A stretch of 64,000 nucleotides of DNA. It comes from Candidatus Multivorans sp. GTDB lineage: Bacteria; Acidobacteriota; Thermoanaerobaculia; Multivoradales; Multivoraceae. Below the pieces are notes generated by a model. The model saw only the letters and a program-made list of their open reading frames with translations, was not told the DNA's origin and did not search any database. Shown here piece after piece: positions 52,707 to 62,456 of the stretch. Location of the stretch: NCBI GenBank assembly GCA_965247095.1, contig OZ251997.1, forward strand, positions 224,001-288,000. Reading direction: 5' to 3'. The position numbers and the translations under genes are program-made. Position 1 is the first letter of the stretch; each line of letters opens with the position of its first letter.

Positions 52707-53171
52707 TCAGTTCTCCTGGATCGGCACGGTGCCTTCGAGCGGTGGTTCCTTCGGCCGCAACTCCTTGGGACCGATGCTGCGCAGATAGTGAACGAGATCC
52801 CAGATCTCGCCGTCATCGAGCTCGGCCTCGAACGGCGGCATGTCGAGGCCGGCGCCGAACTTCGTGCTGCGGAAGAGGTCGCCGTCGGTGGTCCCGGACC
52901 GCCAGCGTTCGGGGTCGGTGAGGTCGGCGGCCTCGAAGTCGATGTTCTCGAGCGCCCGGCCGTCGAAGCCGTGGCAGATCTGGCAGTGCCGCAGGTAGTG
53001 GGTGCGGCCTCGTTTGGCCGCGGTCTGCGTGTACGGCGTGGGGTTGACGGCTACCGCGACGTCCTCCGCCGGCTTGCCGCCGATGATCGTGTCCGTCTGG
53101 CCGGCCGCGGCCGCGGCGATGCAGAGCGACGCGAACGTCGCTCCGCGGAACGCTTTGAGGACAACTGTCAT
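52707..53171 (-). CDS. Monoheme c-type cytochrome
   Basis: Signal peptide; [29 protein letters not shown]; own -10 TACACT at 53188-53193. Confidence 0.9.
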   Translation of the reverse strand: MTVVLKAFRGATFASLCIAAAAAGQTDTIIGGKPAEDVAVAVNPTPYTQTAAKRGRTHYLRHCQICHGFDGRALENIDFEAADLTDPERWRSGTTDGDLFRSTKFGAGLDMPPFEAELDDGEIWDLVHYLRSIGPKELRPKEPPLEGTVPIQEN

Positions 53172-53202
53172 CGGGGATTGCGGCGACAGTGTACCGCCGC
53201 CC

Positions 53203-55578
53203 TCAGTTGGCGCCGGCGGGGATCAGTTCGATCCGGGACTCGGCGGCCTCGAGGATGGCGGGGCGCGTGTAGAGCAGCGGGAACGCCTCGTCGTTTGCCC
53301 AGGGCTCGAACAGGTCCTTGTAGTGCGGGCTGCGGGGATCGCCGGACTGGCCGGGGTTGTTCATGGCGACGGAGGCGTCCCAGTTGCCGACGTCGATCAC
53401 CATGCGGAAGGAGGCGCCGGATCTCTGCTTGAAGTCGCTGCCGTAGCTCGTGTTGCCGACCGTGTCGCCGGAACCGCCGCGGGGCGCCGGCCCGACGTCG
53501 GCGAGTCGGCGGAGTTCACCGGGAAGGTGGGCCGACATCGGGTGACGCAGTTCGATCCGGTGCAGGTCGCCCCAGCGCCAGGCGGCGGGATCGGGACCCA
53601 GGTGCCCTTTGACATCGTCGAACGCGGATTGGAGGCTGCCGAGGAGCAGTTCGTTGCGTGCGGCCTGCGGCGGACTACCGAGCCGGGAATCCGACCCTTC
53701 GACGATCCGCAGCAGGTTCTCATCCTGCACCGGGACAGGGTCTTCGCCGGCCTCAAGCGCCGCCGCCATCCGTCTGCCGACTTCGGCGTCCAGATGTCTG
53801 CGCCACCAGACCTCGAAGAGCGCTGCCGCGGCGCTGTCGGCGGCGAGTTCTCCGTTCCAGCCGGCAAGAACCTCCAGCGCCGGCCCGGCCTCAGGGGTCG
53901 GTGTCAGCTTGCGAAGCAGCGCGAGCAGGCGGCGGGCCGGAATCGAGACGTAGTCGGTCTGTAGGCGGACGGCGTCGTCGATCGTCACGGCGTCCGCGGC
54001 GGCCAGCACTTCGCCGATCCGCTGGCGCCGGTAGGTCCCCGCCCACTCCCAGCCCAGAGGCACGTCATAACCGGCCGGCAGGTTCATCTCGTTGGCGGTG
54101 GCGACCCAGCCGCGCTCCGGGTTGACCTCCACCGGCAGTTCGTCCATGTCCCGGTAGCCCTGCCACTCGTAGCGGCCGTCGCCGGGCACTGGCAGCAGTC
54201 CGTCCCAGTTCGGCCGGATCGGCGCCAGGCCGCCCGGTTTCCAGCCGATGTTGCCGTGGATGTCGGCGTAGACCTGGTTCTCGGAGGGAGCGCCCCAGCG
54301 GTTCATCGCGGCCAGGAACTGGTCCCAGTTGCGCGCCCGGATGTACTCGATGGAACCCAGATAGGGCGCCATGCCGGGTTCGAGCCAGGCGGCCCGCAAC
54401 GCGATCGCGAGGTTCCGGTCGGGGTCCTGGTAGAGCACCGGACCGTGATGCGTGAAGCGGAGTTCAACGGTCTGCGCCGCACCCCCGCGAACAGGAATCG
54501 CCTCTTCGATCACGTCCATCGGCAGCCAGTTGCCCCGGTACTCGTAGAAGTCCGGTTCGCCGGGCTTCGTGCGGTAGACGTAGATGTCCTCCTGGTCGAT
54601 GCTGAAGATCGTCAGGCCGAAGGCGATCGTGCCGTTGTGCCCGATCGAGATCCCGGGCAGCGCCGGCTCGCCGGCGCCGATGAGATCGAGGTCAGGCGAG
54701 GCCAGGTGGACGATGTAGCGCAGCGAGGGCACGGCCTGTGTGCGGTGCGGGTCGTTCGCGAGCAGGGGCCGGCCGGTGGCCGTGCGGCGTGGCGAGATCG
54801 CCCAGTTGTTGCTGCCTTCCGAAGCCGGGTCGCCGGCGCCCAGAAACCCCGGATCGAGGTCACTGAAGCCGACGCCCCGTGTGCCGAGCCGGTAGAGGTC
54901 GAGTGCGTCGGGGGCCTCCCGGAAGAAGTCGAGGTCGAGGCCGTCCGGCACCGCGAGGCGATGGTCCGGTTGGTAACGGTCGCGAAGCGCGAGGGCCTCC
55001 AGTCCGTGGTCCGCCAGGAACCTGGCCCGCGCGAACTCGCTGCCCGCGTTCCGCAGCAGGCCGTGACTGCGGATCCGCGGCACCGCCTCGGGCGTCCAGT
55101 GCGAGGGTTCGTAGTCGAGCGCCTCGAACTCCGGCGGCATCAGCTCGGGACGCTCCAGCACCAGGTCGACGTAGGCGTTCACTCCGAGCACCCAGGCAGT
55201 GACGATGCGCTTCGTGTCCGAGGCGTAGGCGAGCCACTCGGCGTGCATGTCGCCGCGGTAGAGCAGCAGCCGCGCCGCCCGGTCCTGCTCCACGAAGCCG
55301 GGACCGAAGACCTCGGAGAGCGTGCCCTCGCCGCGCCGCCGCCAGAGGTCGATCTGCCACAGGCGGTCGCGGGCCGCATTCCAGCCCTGGGCGAAGAACA
55401 GGTCGTCCTGGCCGCCGGCGAAGACGTGGGCGACGCCCCAACGGTCGACCAGGATCTCGACCGGGGCTCTAAGGCCGGGAACCTCGAAACGGGTCGTTTC
55501 GATCGCCGGCTGCGCTTCGGCCGCGCCGACGGCAAGCAGCAGGGGGACGGCGGTGACGATTCGCGTGAGCCCGGCCAT
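53203..55578 (-). CDS. Penicillin acylase family Ntn-hydrolase
   Basis: VEILVDRWGVAHVFA, ARDRLWQID, GSNNWAI nucleophile, LANDPHR, NQVYAD, PGQSGDPRSPHY. Confidence 0.95.
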   Translation of the reverse strand: MAGLTRIVTAVPLLLAVGAAEAQPAIETTRFEVPGLRAPVEILVDRWGVAHVFAGGQDDLFFAQGWNAARDRLWQIDLWRRRGEGTLSEVFGPGFVEQDRAARLLLYRGDMHAEWLAYASDTKRIVTAWVLGVNAYVDLVLERPELMPPEFEALDYEPSHWTPEAVPRIRSHGLLRNAGSEFARARFLADHGLEALALRDRYQPDHRLAVPDGLDLDFFREAPDALDLYRLGTRGVGFSDLDPGFLGAGDPASEGSNNWAISPRRTATGRPLLANDPHRTQAVPSLRYIVHLASPDLDLIGAGEPALPGISIGHNGTIAFGLTIFSIDQEDIYVYRTKPGEPDFYEYRGNWLPMDVIEEAIPVRGGAAQTVELRFTHHGPVLYQDPDRNLAIALRAAWLEPGMAPYLGSIEYIRARNWDQFLAAMNRWGAPSENQVYADIHGNIGWKPGGLAPIRPNWDGLLPVPGDGRYEWQGYRDMDELPVEVNPERGWVATANEMNLPAGYDVPLGWEWAGTYRRQRIGEVLAAADAVTIDDAVRLQTDYVSIPARRLLALLRKLTPTPEAGPALEVLAGWNGELAADSAAAALFEVWWRRHLDAEVGRRMAAALEAGEDPVPVQDENLLRIVEGSDSRLGSPPQAARNELLLGSLQSAFDDVKGHLGPDPAAWRWGDLHRIELRHPMSAHLPGELRRLADVGPAPRGGSGDTVGNTSYGSDFKQRSGASFRMVIDVGNWDASVAMNNPGQSGDPRSPHYKDLFEPWANDEAFPLLYTRPAILEAAESRIELIPAGAN

Positions 55579-55724
55579 GGATGAGCCGGGACGATACCAA
55601 CGCCGAGGACGAGCGTCTGGCTACTCAACTGGGGCGGCGGATAGACCGAGCGCTCGCTTCGGTGGCGGTGCTCTCGACTAAGCTCTCCCGGATGTTCCGC
55701 ACCCAGCGAGAGCGTCGGTGCGTA

Positions 55725-57650
55725 GTGATTGCGCCGTCGCTCCTGGTTGTCGCCGCCGGGCTGATCGCCCAGGAGGCAGAGGACCCGAAGTCGGAGCAGG
55801 AGAACCGACCTCCGACCGCGACCTACTACGAGACCGCCACCGTCCGGGCGCGCTCGCTCGACACCGCGACCGCTTCGGTGCAGGTGATCGACCGCGACGA
55901 CCTTGCCGATCTGGCGGCGGGCGATGCGGCCGAGGCGTTGCGCCTGGTGCCTGGGGCCTTCATCCTCGGCAACGACTCGAGCGCCGCGGTCGCGGGGGTG
56001 TCGCTCCGGGGCGGCGACGCGAACTTCACGCTGGTTCTGATCGACGGGGTGCCCGTCAATGACAGTACGGACCAGTACGGCGGCGCCTTTCCGCTTGGCA
56101 GCGTCGGCGCGGCGGAAGTGGAGCGGCTCGAGGTGGTGCGCGGCCCGATGTCGTCCTTCTACGGCTCGAGTTCGCTCGGCGGGGCGGTGCAGTTGATCAC
56201 CAGCGCGCCGCGGAGTGCCGCGCCGTTTCTGGGTTTGAACGCCGATGCCGGCAGCCACGACCATCAAAGTGGCCGCCTGTCCTGGGGCCGCGCCGGCGAG
56301 TCCTCGGCGGGCGCGATGGGCGCCGCGGTTCGGGAAGAGCAGGGCCGGGTCGGAGACGACCGCCTGGAGCAGGCGTCTCTGGGCGGCCGCTGGCAGCGCC
56401 AACTGGGGTCGGCGTCGTCGTTCCGGCTTGCGGTCCGGACGGCCGACTGGCAGGCCGACGACTACCCGGACGGTTCGGGCGGCCCGCTGTTCGGCAGCGG
56501 CGAACTGCGTTCCTCGGATCACCGCGAGTACGGTGTGGCGGCCACCCTCGATCTCGGTGGCGGGGGCCGGTTCAGTCAGTACCTGCGGTCGACCTGGTAC
56601 CGGCACTCGATGGAGCGGGAGAGTCCGGCAATCGGATTCCAGGTGCCGCCGTGGACCGAAAACACCGACTTTCGCGATCTGCGCCTCTCCTGGATCGGAA
56701 CGCTTGCCCCGGAAAGCGGCGCGTCCGAGTTCAGCTTCGGCGCCGAGGCGCTCACCGAGGAGGGGCGGAACACCAGCCTCCTGCTGTTGCCGGCCTTTTT
56801 CGGCGGGCCGCTCGCGGGCGACTACGCGATCGACCGGAACCGCGTGGGTCTGTTCGGGGACTGGCGTCGGTCCATGGGCAACCTGGTGGCTGAACTCGGC
56901 GTGCGCGCGGACGTGCTCGAGGGTCGGGGCGCCGGCGGCGGGCGCGAGGAAGTGAGCCCGCGCTTCGGGCTTCGCTATGCGCCGGAGGGCGGCCGCTGGT
57001 CGCTTCGCGCTTCGGCCGGCCGGGCGTTCAAGTTGCCGAGCTTCTTCGCTCTTGAGTCGCCGCGGGCGATCGGCGGCAATCCGGATCTCGACGCGGAGAC
57101 CAGCGTCGGCGCCGATCTCGGTTTCGAGGCGGGTTCGACGGACGGCTCCTTCCGGTGGGGCGTGACGGCCTTCGTCAACCGCTTCGAGGGCCTGATCGAC
57201 TTCGACTTCGAGGCCTTCCTGAACGTGAACCGGAACAAGGTGGACGTCGAGGGGCTCGAAGGATTCCTGGTGTGGCGCCCTTCGACCCGGGTCATGCTCG
57301 ATGTCGCCTTGACGGCGCAAGACACCGAGCATCGCGATACGGGGAGGCCGCTGCGGCGCCGGCCGGATCTCTACGGCGGCGTCGGACTCCGCGTGGACCT
57401 GAGCGAGGCGGTCCGGCTCGGTCTGGAGGCCAGGCACTCCGGCAGCTATCTCGACGAGCAGATTCCGGCGCCCTGGCGGACCGAGGTCGCCGGGCGGACA
57501 CTGGCCGGCTTGACGCTGGCGTGGCGGGCCGCCGGGCGCTGGCGGGTCACGATGCGGGCGGACAACGTGCTCGATGAGTCGTACGAGACGCAGGTCGGTT
57601 TCCCCGGGCCCGAGCGCTCGGTCCGGATCGGCGTGCGCTATGGATACTAG
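55725..57650 (+). CDS. TonB-dependent receptor (BtuB-like plug and barrel)
   Basis: TLVLIDGVPVN, ERLEVVRGPMSSFYGS..LGGAVQLIT, FKLPSF, GNPDL.AE, DNVLDESYE; start uncertain (55581, 55692 or 55725). Confidence 0.9.
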   Translation: MIAPSLLVVAAGLIAQEAEDPKSEQENRPPTATYYETATVRARSLDTATASVQVIDRDDLADLAAGDAAEALRLVPGAFILGNDSSAAVAGVSLRGGDANFTLVLIDGVPVNDSTDQYGGAFPLGSVGAAEVERLEVVRGPMSSFYGSSSLGGAVQLITSAPRSAAPFLGLNADAGSHDHQSGRLSWGRAGESSAGAMGAAVREEQGRVGDDRLEQASLGGRWQRQLGSASSFRLAVRTADWQADDYPDGSGGPLFGSGELRSSDHREYGVAATLDLGGGGRFSQYLRSTWYRHSMERESPAIGFQVPPWTENTDFRDLRLSWIGTLAPESGASEFSFGAEALTEEGRNTSLLLLPAFFGGPLAGDYAIDRNRVGLFGDWRRSMGNLVAELGVRADVLEGRGAGGGREEVSPRFGLRYAPEGGRWSLRASAGRAFKLPSFFALESPRAIGGNPDLDAETSVGADLGFEAGSTDGSFRWGVTAFVNRFEGLIDFDFEAFLNVNRNKVDVEGLEGFLVWRPSTRVMLDVALTAQDTEHRDTGRPLRRRPDLYGGVGLRVDLSEAVRLGLEARHSGSYLDEQIPAPWRTEVAGRTLAGLTLAWRAAGRWRVTMRADNVLDESYETQVGFPGPERSVRIGVRYGY

Positions 57651-57674
57651 GAACCTCAGAGGGAGGGTGGACCG

Positions 57675-58448
57675 ATGAGATGGATGGCACTACTTGCGTT
57701 GGTGGCTGCGATACTCAGTTTCGGCTGCAGGATCTCTGTGGGCAGTGGCGAGTCGGCTTCGGAGACGGAGGAGGAGGCGGCCGAGCCGGCCGCGGAGCTC
57801 AACCAGCTCAGTGCCGAGGAAGCCGAGGCGGGCTTCATGCTGCTGTTCGACGGCGCGTCGCTGGAGCACTGGCGGGGCTTCAAGCTCGACGACGTGCCGG
57901 CGGGCTGGGCGGTGGCTGACGGCGTGATCCACTTCGTGCCGCCCGAGGGCGACGACGCCGGGCCGCGGGCCGATCTGATGACCCGGGCGCCGTACCGGTC
58001 ATTCGAGTTCCGTTTCGATTGGGCCGTAACGCCGGGCGGAAATAGCGGCGTGATGTTCCACGTTGCCGAGGACGCCCCCGCGTCCTACTCGACGGGCCCC
58101 GAGTTTCAGATCCTGGACGACGGCGGGCACCGGGACGGTGAACGAATGGAAACCTCGGCAGCTTCGAACTACGCCCTCCACGCCCGCCAGGGCGGCGAGC
58201 TGATGCCTCTCGGCGAGTTCAACACGAGCGCGCTGCGAGTCGAGGGTGCTGCCGTCTCCCACTGGCTGAACGGTGAGAAGGTGGTCGAGTACATGCTCTG
58301 GGACGACGAGTGGAAGGAACTCGTCGCGGCCAGCAAGTTCGCCTCGATGCCCGGCTACGGCATGATGGAAACCGGCCACATCGCGCTCCAGGACCACGGC
58401 AACGAGATTTGGTTCCGCAACCTGCGCATCTTGGTGCTGCCCGACTGA
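57675..58448 (+). CDS. DUF1080 (3-keto-disaccharide hydrolase family) lipoprotein
   Basis: Lipobox FGC; LFDG..L..WRG, GGNSGV, TGPEFQILDD, HWLNG, GHIALQDHG..IWFRNLRI. Confidence 0.92.
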   Translation: MRWMALLALVAAILSFGCRISVGSGESASETEEEAAEPAAELNQLSAEEAEAGFMLLFDGASLEHWRGFKLDDVPAGWAVADGVIHFVPPEGDDAGPRADLMTRAPYRSFEFRFDWAVTPGGNSGVMFHVAEDAPASYSTGPEFQILDDGGHRDGERMETSAASNYALHARQGGELMPLGEFNTSALRVEGAAVSHWLNGEKVVEYMLWDDEWKELVAASKFASMPGYGMMETGHIALQDHGNEIWFRNLRILVLPD

Positions 58449-60424
58449 TGGACGATCCAGGCGTGGCGGCGGGCCTGCAGTGGCTCAAGGTCGCCGAACC
58501 GGGTGAACTGCCCGAGAACCGCGTCAAGACGGTGGTGGCGGGTAGTCGTTCGATCTGCCTGACCCACTACGACGGTCAGTACGGCGCGCTGGACAACCGC
58601 TGCCCGCACCAGGGCGGTCCCCTGGGTGAGGGGTCGATCGAGAACGGTTGGCTGCGCTGTCCGTGGCACGGGTGGGACTACTGCCCGCTCAGCGGCAAGT
58701 CGCCGGCGGGGTTTGACGAGAAGGTGCCGACCTATGCGATCGAAGTGCGGGACGACGGCATCTACGTCGGTGTCGAACCGGAGGTCGAGCGGGAGCGGAC
58801 GGTCAGCGACGCGATGGTCGAGACCTTCGTCAACTGGGGCGTCACCCACGTCTTCGGCATGGTCGGCCACTCGAACCTCGGCCTTGCCGATGCGATTCGC
58901 AACCAGTGCGAGGCCGGCGCCCTCCAGTACGTCGGCGTGCGGCACGAGGGCGCGGCGGCGTTCGCGGCTTCGGCGTACGGCAAGCTGACCGGGCGGCCGG
59001 CGGCGTGTCTGACGATCGCAGGGCCCGGCGCCACGAACCTGCTGACCGGCATGTGGGACGCGCGAATGGATCGCTCCCCGATCCTGGCGCTCACCGGCCA
59101 GGTCGACACCCAGGTGCTGGGGCCGGGCGCCTTCCAGGAGGTCGACCTCTCCGCCGCCTTTGCCGGCGTCGCGGCGATGAGTCACGCCGTCTACCGCGAC
59201 AGCCGGCACGTGGAACTCGCGAACCTGGCGTGCAAGAACGCGATCCTCAAGCGGGACGTGGCGCACCTGATCTTCCCCGACGAGGTGCAGACGTTGCCCT
59301 CCGACGCTTCGGCCGGATCGCCTGAAGGCCGGTTGACGCCCTCGGAGATCACGCCGCCTCCCGAGGCCGTCGAGCAGGCGCTGGCCCTGATCCGCGGCGC
59401 GCGCCGGCCGGTGATCGTCGTCGGCCACGGCGCCCGGTTCCAGATGGACGGCGTGACCGCGCTGGCCGAACGGCTGAACGCGCCGGTGGTGACCACCTTC
59501 AAGGCGAAGGGCCTGATCTCCGACGATCATCCGCTTGGCTGCGGCGTGCTCGGTCGGAGCGGAACGCCGGTTGCGAGCTGGTTCATGAACGAGAGCGACC
59601 TGCTCATCGTGTTCGGCGCCTCGTTCTCGAATCACACCGGGATCACGACCTACAAGCCGCTCATCCAGGTCGACTTCGAGGCCATGGCGCTGGGCAAGTT
59701 CCACGCCGTGGACGTGCCGGTCTGGGGTGAGATCGGCGTCACCGCACGTCTGTTCGAGGAGGCCCTGGAGCGCGGCGGAATCGAGACCGTCGATCAGCGG
59801 CCGGAAGTGGCCGAGCGCTGGCGGATCTGGCGTGAAGAGAAGGAGCGCCGCCTGGGCGATGTCGGCGAGGCGGGCATCAGCTCCGCGGCGGTCTTCGCGG
59901 CGCTCAACCGCTGCGTACCGGAGGACGCGATCATCGCAGTCGATGTCGGCAACAACACGTACTCCTTCGGCCGCTACTTCGAGTGCCGCCGGCAGGCCGT
60001 GCTCATGTCGGGCTATCTCGGATCGATCGGGTTCGGCTACCCGGCCGCCATGGGCGCCTGGGCGGCGACCCAGACGGACGACGAGCGGTTTGCCGGCCGT
60101 CCGGTGGTGGCGATCACCGGGGATGGCGGCTTCGGGCAGTACCTGGCCGAGGTCACGACCGCCGTCCACCACCGGATGAACATCACCCACGTGCTGCTGA
60201 ACAACAGCGAGCTCGGCAAGATCTCGAAGGAGCAGCGGGCGATCGAGCTGCCGGTGTGGATGACCGAGTTGACGAATCCGAACTTCGCCGACTTCGTGAC
60301 CAGTTGCGGCGGCCACGGCATTCGCGTCGAGGACGCGGCCGACCTCGACGGCGCTCTGCAGCGGGCACTCGACTACGAGGGCCCGGCAACGGTCGAGATC
60401 GTGGCCGACCCGCTGCTGGTGTGA
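58448..60424 (+). CDS. Rieske [2Fe-2S] domain fused to a ThDP-dependent pyruvate oxidase/acetolactate synthase-like enzyme
   Basis: CPHQGG...CPWHGW Rieske motifs; VRHEGAAAF, GPGATN, GDGGF...NN ThDP motif; TGATG coupling. Confidence 0.92.
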   Translation: MDDPGVAAGLQWLKVAEPGELPENRVKTVVAGSRSICLTHYDGQYGALDNRCPHQGGPLGEGSIENGWLRCPWHGWDYCPLSGKSPAGFDEKVPTYAIEVRDDGIYVGVEPEVERERTVSDAMVETFVNWGVTHVFGMVGHSNLGLADAIRNQCEAGALQYVGVRHEGAAAFAASAYGKLTGRPAACLTIAGPGATNLLTGMWDARMDRSPILALTGQVDTQVLGPGAFQEVDLSAAFAGVAAMSHAVYRDSRHVELANLACKNAILKRDVAHLIFPDEVQTLPSDASAGSPEGRLTPSEITPPPEAVEQALALIRGARRPVIVVGHGARFQMDGVTALAERLNAPVVTTFKAKGLISDDHPLGCGVLGRSGTPVASWFMNESDLLIVFGASFSNHTGITTYKPLIQVDFEAMALGKFHAVDVPVWGEIGVTARLFEEALERGGIETVDQRPEVAERWRIWREEKERRLGDVGEAGISSAAVFAALNRCVPEDAIIAVDVGNNTYSFGRYFECRRQAVLMSGYLGSIGFGYPAAMGAWAATQTDDERFAGRPVVAITGDGGFGQYLAEVTTAVHHRMNITHVLLNNSELGKISKEQRAIELPVWMTELTNPNFADFVTSCGGHGIRVEDAADLDGALQRALDYEGPATVEIVADPLLV

Positions 60425-60431
60425 GGCCCCG

Positions 60432-61178
60432 GTGACGATCGACGGCCGGGAGGATCTGGACGGTCTCCGCCGGGCAGGTCGCGTGGCGGCCCGGTGCCTG
60501 GCGAGGATGGGCGCCAGGGTCGAGCCGGGCATGACGACTCTTGAGTTGGACCGGATCGGCCGGGAGTACATGGAGAGTCGGGGAGCGCGCTCGGCGCCCG
60601 AACTGAGCTACGACTTCCCGGCCGCGACCTGCATCAGCGTCAACGAGGAGGTCGCGCACGGCATTGCCGGCGAGCGCCGGATCGATGCCGGCGACCTGGT
60701 CCACATCGACGTCTCCCTCGAGTTGGACGGGTACTTCAGCGACACCGGCGCGCCTTTCCCCGTGCCGCCGGTGAGCGACGAGCGGCGGCGCATGGTCTCA
60801 GCCACCCGGCGGGCGCTGCGGGCAGCGATGCAGCAGACCCGCCACGGCCGCCGGCTGCGCAACATCGGCCGGGCGATCGAGGACACCGCGACCAAGGCCG
60901 GCTTCGGCTTGATCCGCAACCTGGGCTCGCACGGCATCGGCCGCTCGCTGCACGAGGAACCGAAGTTCGTGCCTGGCTTCGACGACCCGGACGATCAGCG
61001 TTTCCTGCACGATGGGCTCGTGCTCACGATCGAGCCGTTCCTGACCAACGGCCGCGAGCAGGCGCTGACCGCCAAGGACGGCTGGACACTCCTCAACGAG
61101 CCCGGCACGACAACGATCCAGTTCGAGCACACGATCGTCGTCACCCGCAAGAAGCCGCTGGTGATGACGCTGCCGTAG
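60432..61178 (+). CDS. map: Type I methionine aminopeptidase
   Basis: CISVNEEVAHGI, GDLVHIDVS, GYFSDTG, SHGIGRSLHEEP, TIEPFL, QFEHTIVVT. Confidence 0.96.
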   Translation: MTIDGREDLDGLRRAGRVAARCLARMGARVEPGMTTLELDRIGREYMESRGARSAPELSYDFPAATCISVNEEVAHGIAGERRIDAGDLVHIDVSLELDGYFSDTGAPFPVPPVSDERRRMVSATRRALRAAMQQTRHGRRLRNIGRAIEDTATKAGFGLIRNLGSHGIGRSLHEEPKFVPGFDDPDDQRFLHDGLVLTIEPFLTNGREQALTAKDGWTLLNEPGTTTIQFEHTIVVTRKKPLVMTLP

Positions 61179-61191
61179 GCGGACCCGCCCA

Positions 61192-61236
61192 TCATCCTTG
61201 CTTATCCAAAACTGTGCTTATAATCCGCAAGGATGA
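61192..61236 (+). promoter_or_regulatory. Promoter (TATAAT at 61219-61224) bracketed by a 10-bp inverted repeat
   Basis: TCATCCTTGC (61192-61201) and GCAAGGATGA (61227-61236, covering the ATG). Confidence 0.6.
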
Positions 61237-62426
61237 AGCGAGATCGAGTCCTTCCGAGGCGGGCACAGAGAGCCGTGAGCGCCGCGCTCGACCGGCAGGC
61301 GGCCGTTGGGCTGATCGGGCCGCGTCAGGTCGGCAAGACCACGCTGGCCTTGCAGATCGCGGATAGCCGGGATGCGCTCTACCTCGACCTGGAGTCGAGC
61401 ACCGACCGGGCGAAGCTGGCCGATCCGAATCTGTTCCTGGGCGAGTACGAGGACCGTCTCGTCGTGCTCGACGAGATCCACCGGGCGCCGGAGCTCTACA
61501 GCGACCTGCGGGGCCTGATCGACCGCGGTCGGCGGCGTGGCAGGCGCTGCGGCCGCTTTCTCATTCTCGGCTCGGCGTCGATCAACCTGCTCCGCCAATC
61601 GGGGGAGAGTCTCGCGGGTCGGATCGAGTACGTCGAGCTCAATCCGCTCGATGTGCTTGAGATTGTGGCTCAGGACGTGCCCTTGAGTGCGCTGTGGCAG
61701 CGGGGAGGATTGCCGGACAGTCTGCTCGCCGCGAGCGATGCGGACAGCTTGGCGTTTCGGCATAGCTTCGTACGCACCTATCTCCACCGGGATGTACTCG
61801 ACCTGACCGAGCGGCGTCTTCCGGCCGAGACTCTGGAGCGCCTGTGGACCATGTTGGCGCACAGCCAGGGTACGTTGCTGAACGCGTCGAAGCTGGCGGC
61901 GAGCCTGGCGGTCAGTGCGCCGACGGTTACGACCTACATCGATCTGCTGGTCGATCTGATGCTGGTGCGCCGGCTGCCGCCGGTGAGGGCGAACGTCGGC
62001 AAGCGGGTCGTCAAGTCGCCCAAGGTCTACGTCAGGGACAGCGGCCTGGTGCACGCACTGCTCGGCATCGCCGACTACAACGCGCTTGCGGGGCATCCCG
62101 TCGCCGGAGCGAGCTGGGAGGGCTTCGTGGTGGAGAACCTCCTGAGCGCGGCCCCGACCGGTACCCGGGCGGGGTTCTACCGTACCCGCGCCGGCGCTGA
62201 AATCGACATGGTGCTGGAACTGCCGGGCGAACACGGTCCGTGGGCGGTCGAGATCAAACGCGGCTCGGCGCCCCGGCCAAGCCGCGGTCTCCACAGTGCC
62301 CGCGAGGATCTGAGGCCCAGCCGCACCTTCCTTGTCGGCGCCGGTGCGGACCGCTACCCGGTAACGGACGGAATCGAAGTGATCGGCCTCTCCGAGTTGG
62401 CCGCGGTGGTGGGCGGCAGGGCGTAG
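61233..62426 (+). CDS. AAA+ ATPase with DUF4143 domain
   Basis: GPRQVGKTT Walker A, VVLDEIH Walker B, ILGSAS, ESLAGR, RGGLP, KSPKVYVRDSGL, EIDMV...AVEIK. Confidence 0.93.
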   Translation: MKRDRVLPRRAQRAVSAALDRQAAVGLIGPRQVGKTTLALQIADSRDALYLDLESSTDRAKLADPNLFLGEYEDRLVVLDEIHRAPELYSDLRGLIDRGRRRGRRCGRFLILGSASINLLRQSGESLAGRIEYVELNPLDVLEIVAQDVPLSALWQRGGLPDSLLAASDADSLAFRHSFVRTYLHRDVLDLTERRLPAETLERLWTMLAHSQGTLLNASKLAASLAVSAPTVTTYIDLLVDLMLVRRLPPVRANVGKRVVKSPKVYVRDSGLVHALLGIADYNALAGHPVAGASWEGFVVENLLSAAPTGTRAGFYRTRAGAEIDMVLELPGEHGPWAVEIKRGSAPRPSRGLHSAREDLRPSRTFLVGAGADRYPVTDGIEVIGLSELAAVVGGRA

Positions 62427-62456
62427 CCGAACGGCGCTGCACGCTGGCAAGGCAAA

